From Chloroflexota bacterium (GTDB lineage Bacteria; Chloroflexota; Anaerolineae; J102), in contig JAYRVO010000064.1 in NCBI GenBank assembly GCA_041918515.1, positions 23,050-87,049 on the forward strand: DNA of 64,000 nt. The letters are read 5' to 3'. Each line of letters opens with the position of its first letter. The first letter of the stretch is position 1. Below are positions 39,334 through 51,527 of the stretch, one piece after another. The translations under genes and the position numbers were made by a program. Below the pieces are notes generated by a model. The model did no database searches. It was not told the DNA's origin and saw only the letters and a list, made by a program, of their open reading frames with translations.

Positions 39334-40692
39334 TCATTCGTGCTGGCGGCCAGCGACGCGATCGACGAACACCCCTGCCAGGCCGGTGTAGGCATCGGGG
39401 TTCAGCATGGCGTCGATCTCGGCCGCTGTGAGGTGGGTGGTGACGTGCTCGTCGGCCAGAAGCAGGTCGCGCAAGGGCCGGCCTTGCTCGAAGGCCAGCA
39501 TCGAGGCTGCGTGCACGACTTCATGGGCTTGCTGGCGGCCCAGGTGCTCGCCCAGTTTCAGCATGACGGCCTCGGAGAGCGGCAGGCCCAGCAACTGATC
39601 GAGGTTGCGGCGCATGCGGTCGGGGTAGACGATGAGGCCGCTGATGGCGCGCAGGGTGTGGGCGACCGCCCCTCCCGTAAGAATGCTGGCTTCGGGGATG
39701 ACGGCCCACTCGATGTGCATCGACGACCAATCCCGCTCGTGCTCAGCCTCCATGGCTGCCAACAGTGCCGGCGTCAACCCGCGCACGAGGCGCGCCTGGG
39801 CCATGATGCCTTCGCACAGCATGGGGTTGCGCTTGTGCGGCATGGTGCTGGACCCCACCTTGCCGCGCTGATAAGGTTCTTCGACCTCAGCTACTTCTGA
39901 TTTTTGCAGCAATATGATCTCGTGGGCGATCTTGCCCATGGTGGCAGCCACCAAAGCCAGGACGGAGACGTACTCGGCCATGCGGTCGCGGGCGGGATGC
40001 CAACAGATGTCGGGGGTTCCCAAGCCCAGATCGGCCATCAGGCGTTGTTGGATGTCCAGCCCGATCTCGCCCACCGAGGCCAGCGTGCCGGAGGCCCCGG
40101 CGAATTCGCCGACGAAGAGGCGCGGGGCCATCTCTTCCATGCGGGTGATGTGCCTCTGCACCTCGGATAGCCAGATGGCGACTTTGTAGCCGAAGGTGAT
40201 GGGGGTGGCGTGTTGGCCGTGTGTGCGTCCCGGCATCAGGGTGTCGCGATGACGGCGGGCTAGATCGGTCAATGCCGTGGCCAGGGCCTGCAGGTCGCGC
40301 AGGATGATGGCGTGGGCGCGCTTCATCTGCAAGATGAGGCCGGTGTCGGCCACGTCCTGCGTGGTGGCGCCCCAATGCACCCAGCCGCCAGCATCGCCGG
40401 CGCAGCGGGCCGAGAGCTGCCAGATGAGGGGGACCAGCTCGTGAGTGGTTTGGTCGATGCCGCGTTTGAGTGCGACGAAGTCGATGTTCTCCGCCGCGAA
40501 AGCCCGCGCCTGGCGCGTGATCTCTTGCGCGGCGGCGGCGGGGATCAGGCCAACGGCAGCTTCGGCGCGGGCCAGCGCGGCTTCGAAATCGAGCCAGGAC
40601 TGCACCATGGCTTCGTCGCTGAAGGCGCGGCGCAATTCCTCGGTGCCGTACATGTCTTGAAAGAGGAGGGAATCGATGACGTGGGAGGGCAT
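39334..40692 (-). CDS. adenylosuccinate lyase / 3-carboxy-cis,cis-muconate cycloisomerase family protein (PcaB-like)
   Basis: LFQDMYGTEELRRAFSDEAMVQSWLDFEAALARAEAAVGLIP and GSSTMPHKRNP (fumarate-lyase signature). Confidence 0.75.
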   Translation of the reverse strand: MPSHVIDSLLFQDMYGTEELRRAFSDEAMVQSWLDFEAALARAEAAVGLIPAAAAQEITRQARAFAAENIDFVALKRGIDQTTHELVPLIWQLSARCAGDAGGWVHWGATTQDVADTGLILQMKRAHAIILRDLQALATALTDLARRHRDTLMPGRTHGQHATPITFGYKVAIWLSEVQRHITRMEEMAPRLFVGEFAGASGTLASVGEIGLDIQQRLMADLGLGTPDICWHPARDRMAEYVSVLALVAATMGKIAHEIILLQKSEVAEVEEPYQRGKVGSSTMPHKRNPMLCEGIMAQARLVRGLTPALLAAMEAEHERDWSSMHIEWAVIPEASILTGGAVAHTLRAISGLIVYPDRMRRNLDQLLGLPLSEAVMLKLGEHLGRQQAHEVVHAASMLAFEQGRPLRDLLLADEHVTTHLTAAEIDAMLNPDAYTGLAGVFVDRVAGRQHE

Positions 40693-40708
40693 GATGGCGA
40701 TGTGCTTT

Positions 40709-44479
<3,771 letters not shown>

Positions 44480-44519
44480 GGTCGCTACCTTTGGGGTGCA
44501 GGGGTGGGGCGGGCCAGGA

Positions 44520-45737
44520 TCAGAGCAATTGGCTGATGAAAGCGGCGACGGGGCCGGCGCCGTTGGGTCGTTGGGAGTGCTGGCGGGGTAAAGAGAGCAG
44601 GTCGGGGATGCGGGGAATCCAGGCGCCTTCGGCAAAGGCGGCGCCATCGATGGCGAAGCCAGGCATGGAGCGGTCGGCAAAGGTGGCGAAGGTTTCGGAT
44701 TCACGAAAGTGGGGGCGGGTGACGTAGCCGTAGGGGATGCCGGCGTGGTAGGTTTCGGCCAGGGTGCTGTAGCCCAGTTTGCCGATGAGGGCGTCGGCGG
44801 CGTTGACGAGGTCGGGGTGATAAAAGGGGGATTGGGTGGGCAGCAGGAGGATGTTTTCGTTGCGCACCATCGTTTCGCCCACGCCGGGGATGATGAATTG
44901 GATGGGGCGCAGTTCGTGCAGGCGGTGGAGGAAGGTGTAGTCCCAAGCGACGCCGCCCATGGTGATGATGACTACGGCGGCCTCCGGTGAGACGCCGAGT
45001 TGCTGGCGAATGGTCGCGGCAGGCGTGCGCGGTTCGCGGCTGACGGGCGGAACGGTGAGATCGGCCGCGCAGGGTTGGCAGACGGGTTGGATCTGGATGT
45101 GGTGGTCGGCTTGGGCGAAGAGTTGGGCAAAGAGGTCGATGTAGGGCAAAAGGCGGGGTTCGGCGGCCGCGTAGCCGGCGTAGATCCAATCCCAGGTGAA
45201 GTTTTCGATGAGGATGGAGGGTAAGCCGGCGGCGCGGGCGACGCTGAGGCCGAGGGGGGAGATGTCGCAGAGTACGAGCGTGCAGCCGAGATCGTGGAGT
45301 TGGTCGGCAAGGCGGCTGAGGGAGGCTTCGTCCCGAGGCTTCGTCCCGAGGCTTCGTCGCGAGCGCCCCTCGGCCTGAGACTTCGTCGAGCTCAGTCGAG
45401 ACGCTCGGGACGAAGGCTCAGCCGAGCGGCTCAGCCCGAGGGGCTCAGCCCGAGGGGCGACAGGGAAGGGGGCGAAGTGAGCCAGTCGCTCCACCGTGGC
45501 GGCCGCGTCTTCGATCAGGGCTGTGGTTTGCACCAGGCCGATGTCGGTGAGGAGTTCATGATAGCCAAAGGGCTGGCGCAGGGTCTGGCGGAAGAACCAG
45601 GCGGGGACGGTGGTGAAGATTTCGCAGCGGAGGGCCGGGTTTTGCGTCTGGAGGGCGTCCATGACGGCGATGGCCCGCGCGGCGTGGCCGAAGCCGTGGG
45701 GGGTGATGAAGTAGGCAATGGTAGATTGCGGATTCAC
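44520..45737 (-). CDS. glycosyltransferase, GT1/MGT-like
   Basis: N-terminal GFGHAARAIAV and C-terminal UDP-sugar-binding-like region. Central in-frame insert PRAEPLGLSRSAEPSS..LGTKPRDEA. Confidence 0.6.
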   Translation of the reverse strand: MNPQSTIAYFITPHGFGHAARAIAVMDALQTQNPALRCEIFTTVPAWFFRQTLRQPFGYHELLTDIGLVQTTALIEDAAATVERLAHFAPFPVAPRAEPLGLSRSAEPSSRASRLSSTKSQAEGRSRRSLGTKPRDEASLSRLADQLHDLGCTLVLCDISPLGLSVARAAGLPSILIENFTWDWIYAGYAAAEPRLLPYIDLFAQLFAQADHHIQIQPVCQPCAADLTVPPVSREPRTPAATIRQQLGVSPEAAVVIITMGGVAWDYTFLHRLHELRPIQFIIPGVGETMVRNENILLLPTQSPFYHPDLVNAADALIGKLGYSTLAETYHAGIPYGYVTRPHFRESETFATFADRSMPGFAIDGAAFAEGAWIPRIPDLLSLPRQHSQRPNGAGPVAAFISQLL

Positions 45738-45792
45738 GTTTTACGCCTTACGCCTTACGTTTCACGTCCTGTATAAAGGACCAACCTAGCAG

Positions 45793-47448
45793 TCAATAAC
45801 GATCTTTAGCTCTCAGGGACAAGGCTTCGTCGCGAGCGCTCAGCCGAACGGTTTTGGCGCATCGTATCGCCGGGTTGCGTTGGTCGGTGATCACGGCGCC
45901 GGCGTCGTCCTTGAGGGTGATGCTGGCCGTCCCCGCCCCGACGTTCACTTCCACCAGGCCGTAGCTGTAGGAATCGAGGTCGCGGCAATCGATGCCGATG
46001 AGGTCGAGGGTGGCGTGTAGCTTGGCTACGTATTGGGGGCCGTCGAAGCGCGCCACGGCTTGTTCCAGGGTCAAGGCGGCGATGGGGCCGGTGACGGCTT
46101 CGTAGGCGATAGGCTCCGGATCGCTGTATTTGTCGATGTAGACTTCGTTCATCATGTTGGCGTGGGCGTCGGCGGTGAGGAAGATGACGTTGGCGATGTC
46201 GTTGCCGCGGATGAAGTCGAGGATTTCGTTGCGTTCGGCGGCATAGCCCTCCCAGCGGTCGTAAGGCCAGGCATAGTATTGCTGGATGGGCGTCTCGTTG
46301 ATCACGAATTTGAAGCGAGCGGTGGAAGTGCGCAGGGTTTGCTGGAAGGCGAGTTTTTGGGCGGCGCCGAGGAAGGTGCGAGATGGATCGTTGATGGCTT
46401 CGCGACAGCCGACGGGCGGGACGGCTGGCAGGCCCAGGAGGAGGCGGGCGGCGGCAGGCAGCGTTGGCGCCAGGTCTTCGACGCCGTTGCCGTCGAGACA
46501 GTGGTCGCTGACATCGGCGCTGCGGCACGAGCGTTCATCCAACATGATGAGGTCGGCGTCGCTGCCCCAGTGGAAGACGCGAAAGAGAGGTGGGCCGGCG
46601 CAGGCGGTGGTTTCGGCAGCGGGCAAGGTGGGAGCGCGAACGGGCAGGTATTCCAGGAAGGCCTGGCGTCCGTTGGCGTAGCGGGAGGGGTCCACCGTCT
46701 GCCCGGCGTAGTCGTTCAGCACTTCGTGGTCGTCCCAGATGGCGTAGGTGGAGACGGCGGCCAGCAGGTTGGGGAGGGCAGGGAGGGCGCGGTTGGTTTT
46801 GTACGCCGCGCGGTATTCGTCGAGGGTTTGGGCGGGCTGGGGCAACAGACCGGAGTCGGCGTAGATGGTGTCGCCCAGGTAGACGAAGAAGTCGGGCTGC
46901 TCGCTGCGAATGGCGTCCAACGCCTCGAAATGGTTGTAGCCCGGCTGGCCACCGACAAGGGCGCCGTCGGAATCGCCGCTGTAGGCGAAGCGAAGAGGAA
47001 CGGCCTGAGTGGGCAAAGGCGCCGTCTTGAAGCTCCCCGTCGGGCTGACGTGGCTGCCGATGCCAGCGCCGGCGCGCCAACGGTAGAAGTAGCGCTGATG
47101 GGGAGTCAGGTTCGCAACGTCGCCCTGGGCGGTGAAGTCAGTGGCGGTGGAGAGGGGCAGGGTGGAGGTATGGACAAGTTGGGAGAAAGACGAGTCGGCG
47201 GCGACTTCGAGCCGGATGTCACCCGCACGATCGCCGCGCGTCCACAGTACGGCGCTCGTTGTCGTGACTTCGCTGCTGGCCACGCCGTGCGTGAAGGTAA
47301 TGGTCGGGGCGGGATGGGCGATGAAAGGAAGGTAGACGCGATGGGGTGAGGCTTCAGGGCGGGCGCCGCCGCTGGCCGACGCGCTGACGCTGACAATCAA
47401 GATCAGTTCGGGCAACAACATGAGGACGCGAAAGGGAAATGAAGGCAT
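45793..47448 (-). CDS. phoD: alkaline phosphatase D (PhoD) family phosphodiesterase
   Basis: Signal anchor. FAYSGDSD, YLGDTIYAD, WDDHEV and TADAHA metallophosphatase motifs. Confidence 0.8.
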   Translation of the reverse strand: MPSFPFRVLMLLPELILIVSVSASASGGARPEASPHRVYLPFIAHPAPTITFTHGVASSEVTTTSAVLWTRGDRAGDIRLEVAADSSFSQLVHTSTLPLSTATDFTAQGDVANLTPHQRYFYRWRAGAGIGSHVSPTGSFKTAPLPTQAVPLRFAYSGDSDGALVGGQPGYNHFEALDAIRSEQPDFFVYLGDTIYADSGLLPQPAQTLDEYRAAYKTNRALPALPNLLAAVSTYAIWDDHEVLNDYAGQTVDPSRYANGRQAFLEYLPVRAPTLPAAETTACAGPPLFRVFHWGSDADLIMLDERSCRSADVSDHCLDGNGVEDLAPTLPAAARLLLGLPAVPPVGCREAINDPSRTFLGAAQKLAFQQTLRTSTARFKFVINETPIQQYYAWPYDRWEGYAAERNEILDFIRGNDIANVIFLTADAHANMMNEVYIDKYSDPEPIAYEAVTGPIAALTLEQAVARFDGPQYVAKLHATLDLIGIDCRDLDSYSYGLVEVNVGAGTASITLKDDAGAVITDQRNPAIRCAKTVRLSARDEALSLRAKDRY

Positions 47449-47711
47449 GGTTGTTCTCGTCAAGCGTCTGCAAGCAGAGAGGGGGGCTGCATGTCGCTTC
47501 ATTATCCCCTGCTGTCTGGCGAAAAACAAACCGCCCGCCCACCTTGAATCCGCCAATCAAAATTTGTCCCACGAAGTTAAGCACAAATTCGTGCAATATG
47601 ACGCAGATCATACACAAGCCCGCGCGCGTGTGTTTTACTAACAATGTCTCACATCCCAATCGAAGCACCCCTTCATCGGTGCACCTCCTTTCAGTGTGTG
47701 TGTGTGTGGAG

Positions 47712-47745
47712 AGGCCCCCGGCGCTAACAACGCCGGGGGTTCTCT
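47712..47745 (+). terminator. orphan hairpin with T-rich tail, preceded by a (GT)6 run
   Basis: gtgtgtgtgtgtgg...ggcccccggcgctaacaacgccgggggttctcttt. No + strand CDS upstream, so it could close a small transcript. Confidence 0.35.
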
Positions 47746-47874
47746 TTGTGGGGAAAATGCTGCGGCCAGAGCTGTTCTACAGCCCGGTGGGAGTGAATGA
47801 TTGCACTGTTGCATAGCCTGCCGCTATAATCGCAGGCAACCGCATTCACCCCCAGATCGCTGAGGTTCTCGCCC

Positions 47875-48984
47875 ATGCCCAACACCCCCTTCAAACTCCG
47901 CTGCCGCCAGTGCAACCAGCCGGTCGATTGGCCCCCGCCCGACCCGCGCTGTCCCCGGCCATCGTGTCGCGGGCCGCTGCAACCACGCGTCAACATCACT
48001 TTCGATACTGGCCTCATCGAACCCCTGCAACCGGGCATGTGGCGCTATCGGCACCTGCTGCCCCCGCTGCCCGACAACCCGATCACGTTGGGCGAGGGCC
48101 TCACGCCGCTTCTGGCCGATCGCGTCGGCGACATCCGCCTCTACTTCAAGAACGAGAGTCTGAACCCTACCGGCAGCTACAAAGATCGCGGCGCGGCCAT
48201 GCTCATCAACACCGTCGGCAAGGCCCAAATCGTCATGGACGACTCTTCGGGCAATGCCGGCGCCGCCCTCGCCGCCTATGCCGCCCGCGCCGGCGTCACC
48301 GCCCATATCTACACCCCCCTGCGCGCACCCAAGGCCAAGCGCGACCAGATCACCCGTTTCGGCGCCCAACTCTTCCCCATTCGTGGCAATCGCACCAACG
48401 TCGCCTTGGCTGCCGAGACCGCTGCCCAGGACCCGAATATCTTCTACGCCAGCCATGTCTGGCATCCTGGCTATCCCATCGCCCTCCAGACCATCGCCTG
48501 GGAAATCTGGGAACAACTGGGTGGGCGCGCGCCCGATTGGGTGATTTTGCCCACTGGCAACGGCAGCCTCCTGCGCGGCATTCGCTGGGGCTTCCGCTCG
48601 TTACAGAAAGGCAAACGCATCCGTGATCTCCCCAAGTTGGTCGCCGTCCAGGCCGCCAACTGCGCTCCTCTCCTCGCCTTCAGCCAGGACGCCTATGACC
48701 CTCGCACCTTCAGGGCCTCTCGCACCGCCGCCGATGGCGTCGCCATCCCGCACCCACCACTGGTCGAGGCCATGTGGGCGGCAGTGCGCCGCACCAAAGG
48801 CCGCGTCGTCGCCGTGCCCGAAGACGAGATCCGCCCTGCCCAGGCCGAACTCATCCGCCGCGGCTTTTTTGTCGAACCAACTGCCGCCCTCCCCTTTGCT
48901 GCTCTCCGCCAACTTCAGGACGCCATCCACCCTGACGACACCGTCGTCCTGATCCTCACCGGTCATGGCTTCAAATCAATCTAA
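47875..48984 (+). CDS. thrC: threonine synthase (short form with N-terminal zinc ribbon)
   Basis: CRQCNQP..CP Cys cluster. FKNESLNPTGSYKDRG PLP-lysine motif. Fold-type II PLP enzyme. Confidence 0.85.
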   Translation: MPNTPFKLRCRQCNQPVDWPPPDPRCPRPSCRGPLQPRVNITFDTGLIEPLQPGMWRYRHLLPPLPDNPITLGEGLTPLLADRVGDIRLYFKNESLNPTGSYKDRGAAMLINTVGKAQIVMDDSSGNAGAALAAYAARAGVTAHIYTPLRAPKAKRDQITRFGAQLFPIRGNRTNVALAAETAAQDPNIFYASHVWHPGYPIALQTIAWEIWEQLGGRAPDWVILPTGNGSLLRGIRWGFRSLQKGKRIRDLPKLVAVQAANCAPLLAFSQDAYDPRTFRASRTAADGVAIPHPPLVEAMWAAVRRTKGRVVAVPEDEIRPAQAELIRRGFFVEPTAALPFAALRQLQDAIHPDDTVVLILTGHGFKSI

Positions 48985-49744
48985 CGCCTTTCCTGCCCTG
49001 CTCGACTTCGAGCAGCGTTTGGGCTTCGCCTTCAGCGACAAATCCCTGCTCCTGCGCGCGCTCACCCATCGCTCCTATCTGAACGAAACCGCCATCGCCT
49101 ACGCCGACAACGAGCGCCTGGAATTCCTCGGCGACGCCGTCCTCGACCTCATCGTTGCTGAACTGCTCTACCAACGCTTCCCCGAACAACGCGAAGGCTT
49201 CCTCACGGCTTTGCGCGCCAAATTGGTGCGCCGCGAAACCCTGGCCCAGTTCGCCCGCCAACTCGAACTGGGTCCTCTTCTCCTCATGGGCAAGGGCGAA
49301 GAAGATGGCGGGGGCCGCGAGCGCGACGCCATTCTGTGCGCTACTTTCGAGGCCCTGGTGGGAGCCATGTATCTCGACCAGAGCCTGAATGCCACCGCCG
49401 CCTTTCTCATCCCCTTCGTCCGGCCAGAGATCGACCTTGTCAGCGACGGATACTTGCACAAAGACCCCAAGAGCCTGCTCCAGGAATGGGCGCAGGCCGA
49501 GCTGAACGCTACGCCCACCTACATCACCACCGCCAGCGAAGGCCCCGACCACGCCCGCGCCTTCACCGTCGAGGTGCGCATTGCTGGCGTCACCTACGGC
49601 GTAGGCAAAGGCCAGAGCAAGCAACGCGCTGCCCAGGAAGCCGCGCGCGCCGCCCTGGCAGCCTTACCCCGTGCGGGCGACGCCGATGATAGGGAGACGC
49701 AGGGACAGGGTGGCAAGGTGACGGCGCTGAGTACAGCGCGGTGA
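48965..49744 (+). CDS. rnc: ribonuclease III
   Basis: NERLEFLGDAVL (RNase III signature) and a dsRBD in the C-terminus. Confidence 0.9.
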   Translation: MASNQSNAFPALLDFEQRLGFAFSDKSLLLRALTHRSYLNETAIAYADNERLEFLGDAVLDLIVAELLYQRFPEQREGFLTALRAKLVRRETLAQFARQLELGPLLLMGKGEEDGGGRERDAILCATFEALVGAMYLDQSLNATAAFLIPFVRPEIDLVSDGYLHKDPKSLLQEWAQAELNATPTYITTASEGPDHARAFTVEVRIAGVTYGVGKGQSKQRAAQEAARAALAALPRAGDADDRETQGQGGKVTALSTAR

Positions 49745-49850
49745 CAGGGTGACAAGGTGGCGGCGCTGAGTACAGCGCGGTGACAAGGTGACAAGGTGAT
49801 TCTGCCCTCCGCCCTCCGCCCTCCGCTCTCCGCTCTCTGCTCTCTGCCTC
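49728..49850. repeat. GGTGACAA octamer and CTCCGCC heptamer repeats
   Basis: aggtgacggcgctgagtacagcgcggtgacagggtgacaaggtggcggcgctgagtacagcgcggtgacaaggtgacaaggtg, then ccctccgccctccgccctccgctctccgctctctgctctctgcc. Confidence 0.85.
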
Positions 49851-49852
49851 CA

Positions 49853-50713
49853 ATGCGCGTTCTCCTCACCGGCGCCAGCGGCTATCTGGGCCGCCACCTC
49901 CTCGCGCTCCTGCCGATCCACTGGCGCGTCTGGGCCTGCTATCACCATCAGCCGGTCGCCCCAGGCCCGCAGATCACCCCCCTCCCGCTCGACATCAGCG
50001 ACGCAGAGGCCGTGCGCGACGCCGTCCGCTCGCTTCGCCCCGACCTCATCCTCCACACCGCCATCGCTCGCCAACCCGACGCCTTCACCGCCGTCATCGT
50101 CCAGGGCAGCGCCCACCTTGCTGCCGCCGCCGCGGCCGTTCGCTTCATCCACCTTTCCACCGACATCCTCTTCGACGGCCTCGCCGACGCCTACGACGAA
50201 AGCGCCCGCCCTTGCCCCGAGCCAGCTTCTGACCAACCCGACCCACTCAACCCCCACGGCCGCGCCAAAGCCCGCGCCGAAAACCTTGTTCGCACCCTTC
50301 ACCCTGCCCCCGTCATCGTTCGCATCTCCCTCATCTACGGCTTCGACCCCCTCGATCACAGCACCACCTGGCTGGTCGACGGCCTGCAGCGCGGACAAAC
50401 CGTCACCCTCTTCACCGACCAGATCCGCTGCCCCGTCTACGCGCCCGATCTCGCTGCCAGCCTCATCGAGCTGGCCGAGACCGACTTCACCGGAATCATC
50501 CACCTGACCGGGCCAACACCCCTCAGCCGCTACGATTTCGGGCGCCTTCTCTGCCGCCGGCTGAACCTCGACCTCTCGAACCTGCGCGGCATCCCCACCC
50601 CACCCGACTTCGTCGCCCCGCGCCGCCTCGTCCTCACCGACGCCCTGGCCCGTCGCCTGCTGCGCACCCCGCGTCGCACCCCGCAACAAATCTGCGACAT
50701 ATCATCATCGTAG
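49853..50713 (+). CDS. NAD(P)-dependent epimerase/dehydratase family reductase (RmlD-like)
   Basis: MRVLLTGASGYLGRHL Rossmann motif. SDR-extended layout. Confidence 0.7.
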   Translation: MRVLLTGASGYLGRHLLALLPIHWRVWACYHHQPVAPGPQITPLPLDISDAEAVRDAVRSLRPDLILHTAIARQPDAFTAVIVQGSAHLAAAAAAVRFIHLSTDILFDGLADAYDESARPCPEPASDQPDPLNPHGRAKARAENLVRTLHPAPVIVRISLIYGFDPLDHSTTWLVDGLQRGQTVTLFTDQIRCPVYAPDLAASLIELAETDFTGIIHLTGPTPLSRYDFGRLLCRRLNLDLSNLRGIPTPPDFVAPRRLVLTDALARRLLRTPRRTPQQICDISSS

Positions 50714-50743
50714 TAACGACTTTAGTCGTTAATCACCCCCCTC

Positions 50744-51463
50744 ATGCGACTCTTCGGCGCTGACCCCCTCCTCTACCTTGCCCTCTTCCTCGGCCTTGTC
50801 TTCAGCATGGCCGCCGGCTTCGTCACCCAGCAACAGACGCTGATGCCGCTATTCGGCGGCCTCCTCGTCTGGCCCTTTCTACTGTGGGCGCTGCGCCACG
50901 CCCGCGTCGATGTCGCCGTTCGCTTCGCCGCCTTCTGGGCCGCGTCCGTTTTTCTCATCAGCGTTGTCGCCGGCCACCTCCTCGGCGCCAGCGCCCAGGC
51001 AGCCGTTCCCGGCAGCACCGACTACATCGCCGACCAACTACTGGGCTTCACCGGCCAGGCCAACGCCGTGCAACCACCCACGGCCTGGCTCCCCGGCCTG
51101 GCGCGGCGGATCGGCCTCCTCCTGGCGGGCGGCGCCCTGACGGCCGGACTACTCCCCCTCATCGTCGCCGCCCGCGACCTGACCATATTGGGCCTGTGGA
51201 CGGCCAACCTCTTCGCCGCCGCCCACCCCATCGGCGCCGTCCTCCTCAGCCTCAGCCCCTGGACCCTGGCCGAGATCGTCGCCTGGGTGGCTCTGGGCGT
51301 CTATGTGGCCGAGCCTATCGTCACCGGCGACGTCCACGCCCTCCTCACCCGCGACCGCCGTCGCCTCTTCTTCACCGGCCTCATCGCCCTGGCCCTGGCT
51401 CTGATCCTCCACCTCCTTCTCCCCGGCCTCCTCGCTTCACCCCTGCGCTCCCTCATCCTCTGA
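50744..51463 (+). CDS. hypothetical integral membrane protein
   Basis: Six predicted TM helices. No motif assigned. Confidence 0.5.
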   Translation: MRLFGADPLLYLALFLGLVFSMAAGFVTQQQTLMPLFGGLLVWPFLLWALRHARVDVAVRFAAFWAASVFLISVVAGHLLGASAQAAVPGSTDYIADQLLGFTGQANAVQPPTAWLPGLARRIGLLLAGGALTAGLLPLIVAARDLTILGLWTANLFAAAHPIGAVLLSLSPWTLAEIVAWVALGVYVAEPIVTGDVHALLTRDRRRLFFTGLIALALALILHLLLPGLLASPLRSLIL

Positions 51464-51527
51464 TCCGCTCCTCCACTGCCCACTGCCCTCTGCCCTCTGC
51501 TCTCTGCTCTCTGATCCGCCGCCCCGC

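Noticed and set aside
39334-40692. Considered as the missing purB (adenylosuccinate lyase)
   Set aside because: The N-terminal motif (LF..MYGT....R.AFSD.A..Q.WLD.EAALA.AEA..G.IP) is PcaB/3-carboxymuconate-cycloisomerase-like. It is not the SP.DGRYG...IFSE PurB start seen in the fragments at 23150 and 25691. I kept it as a lyase-family protein only.
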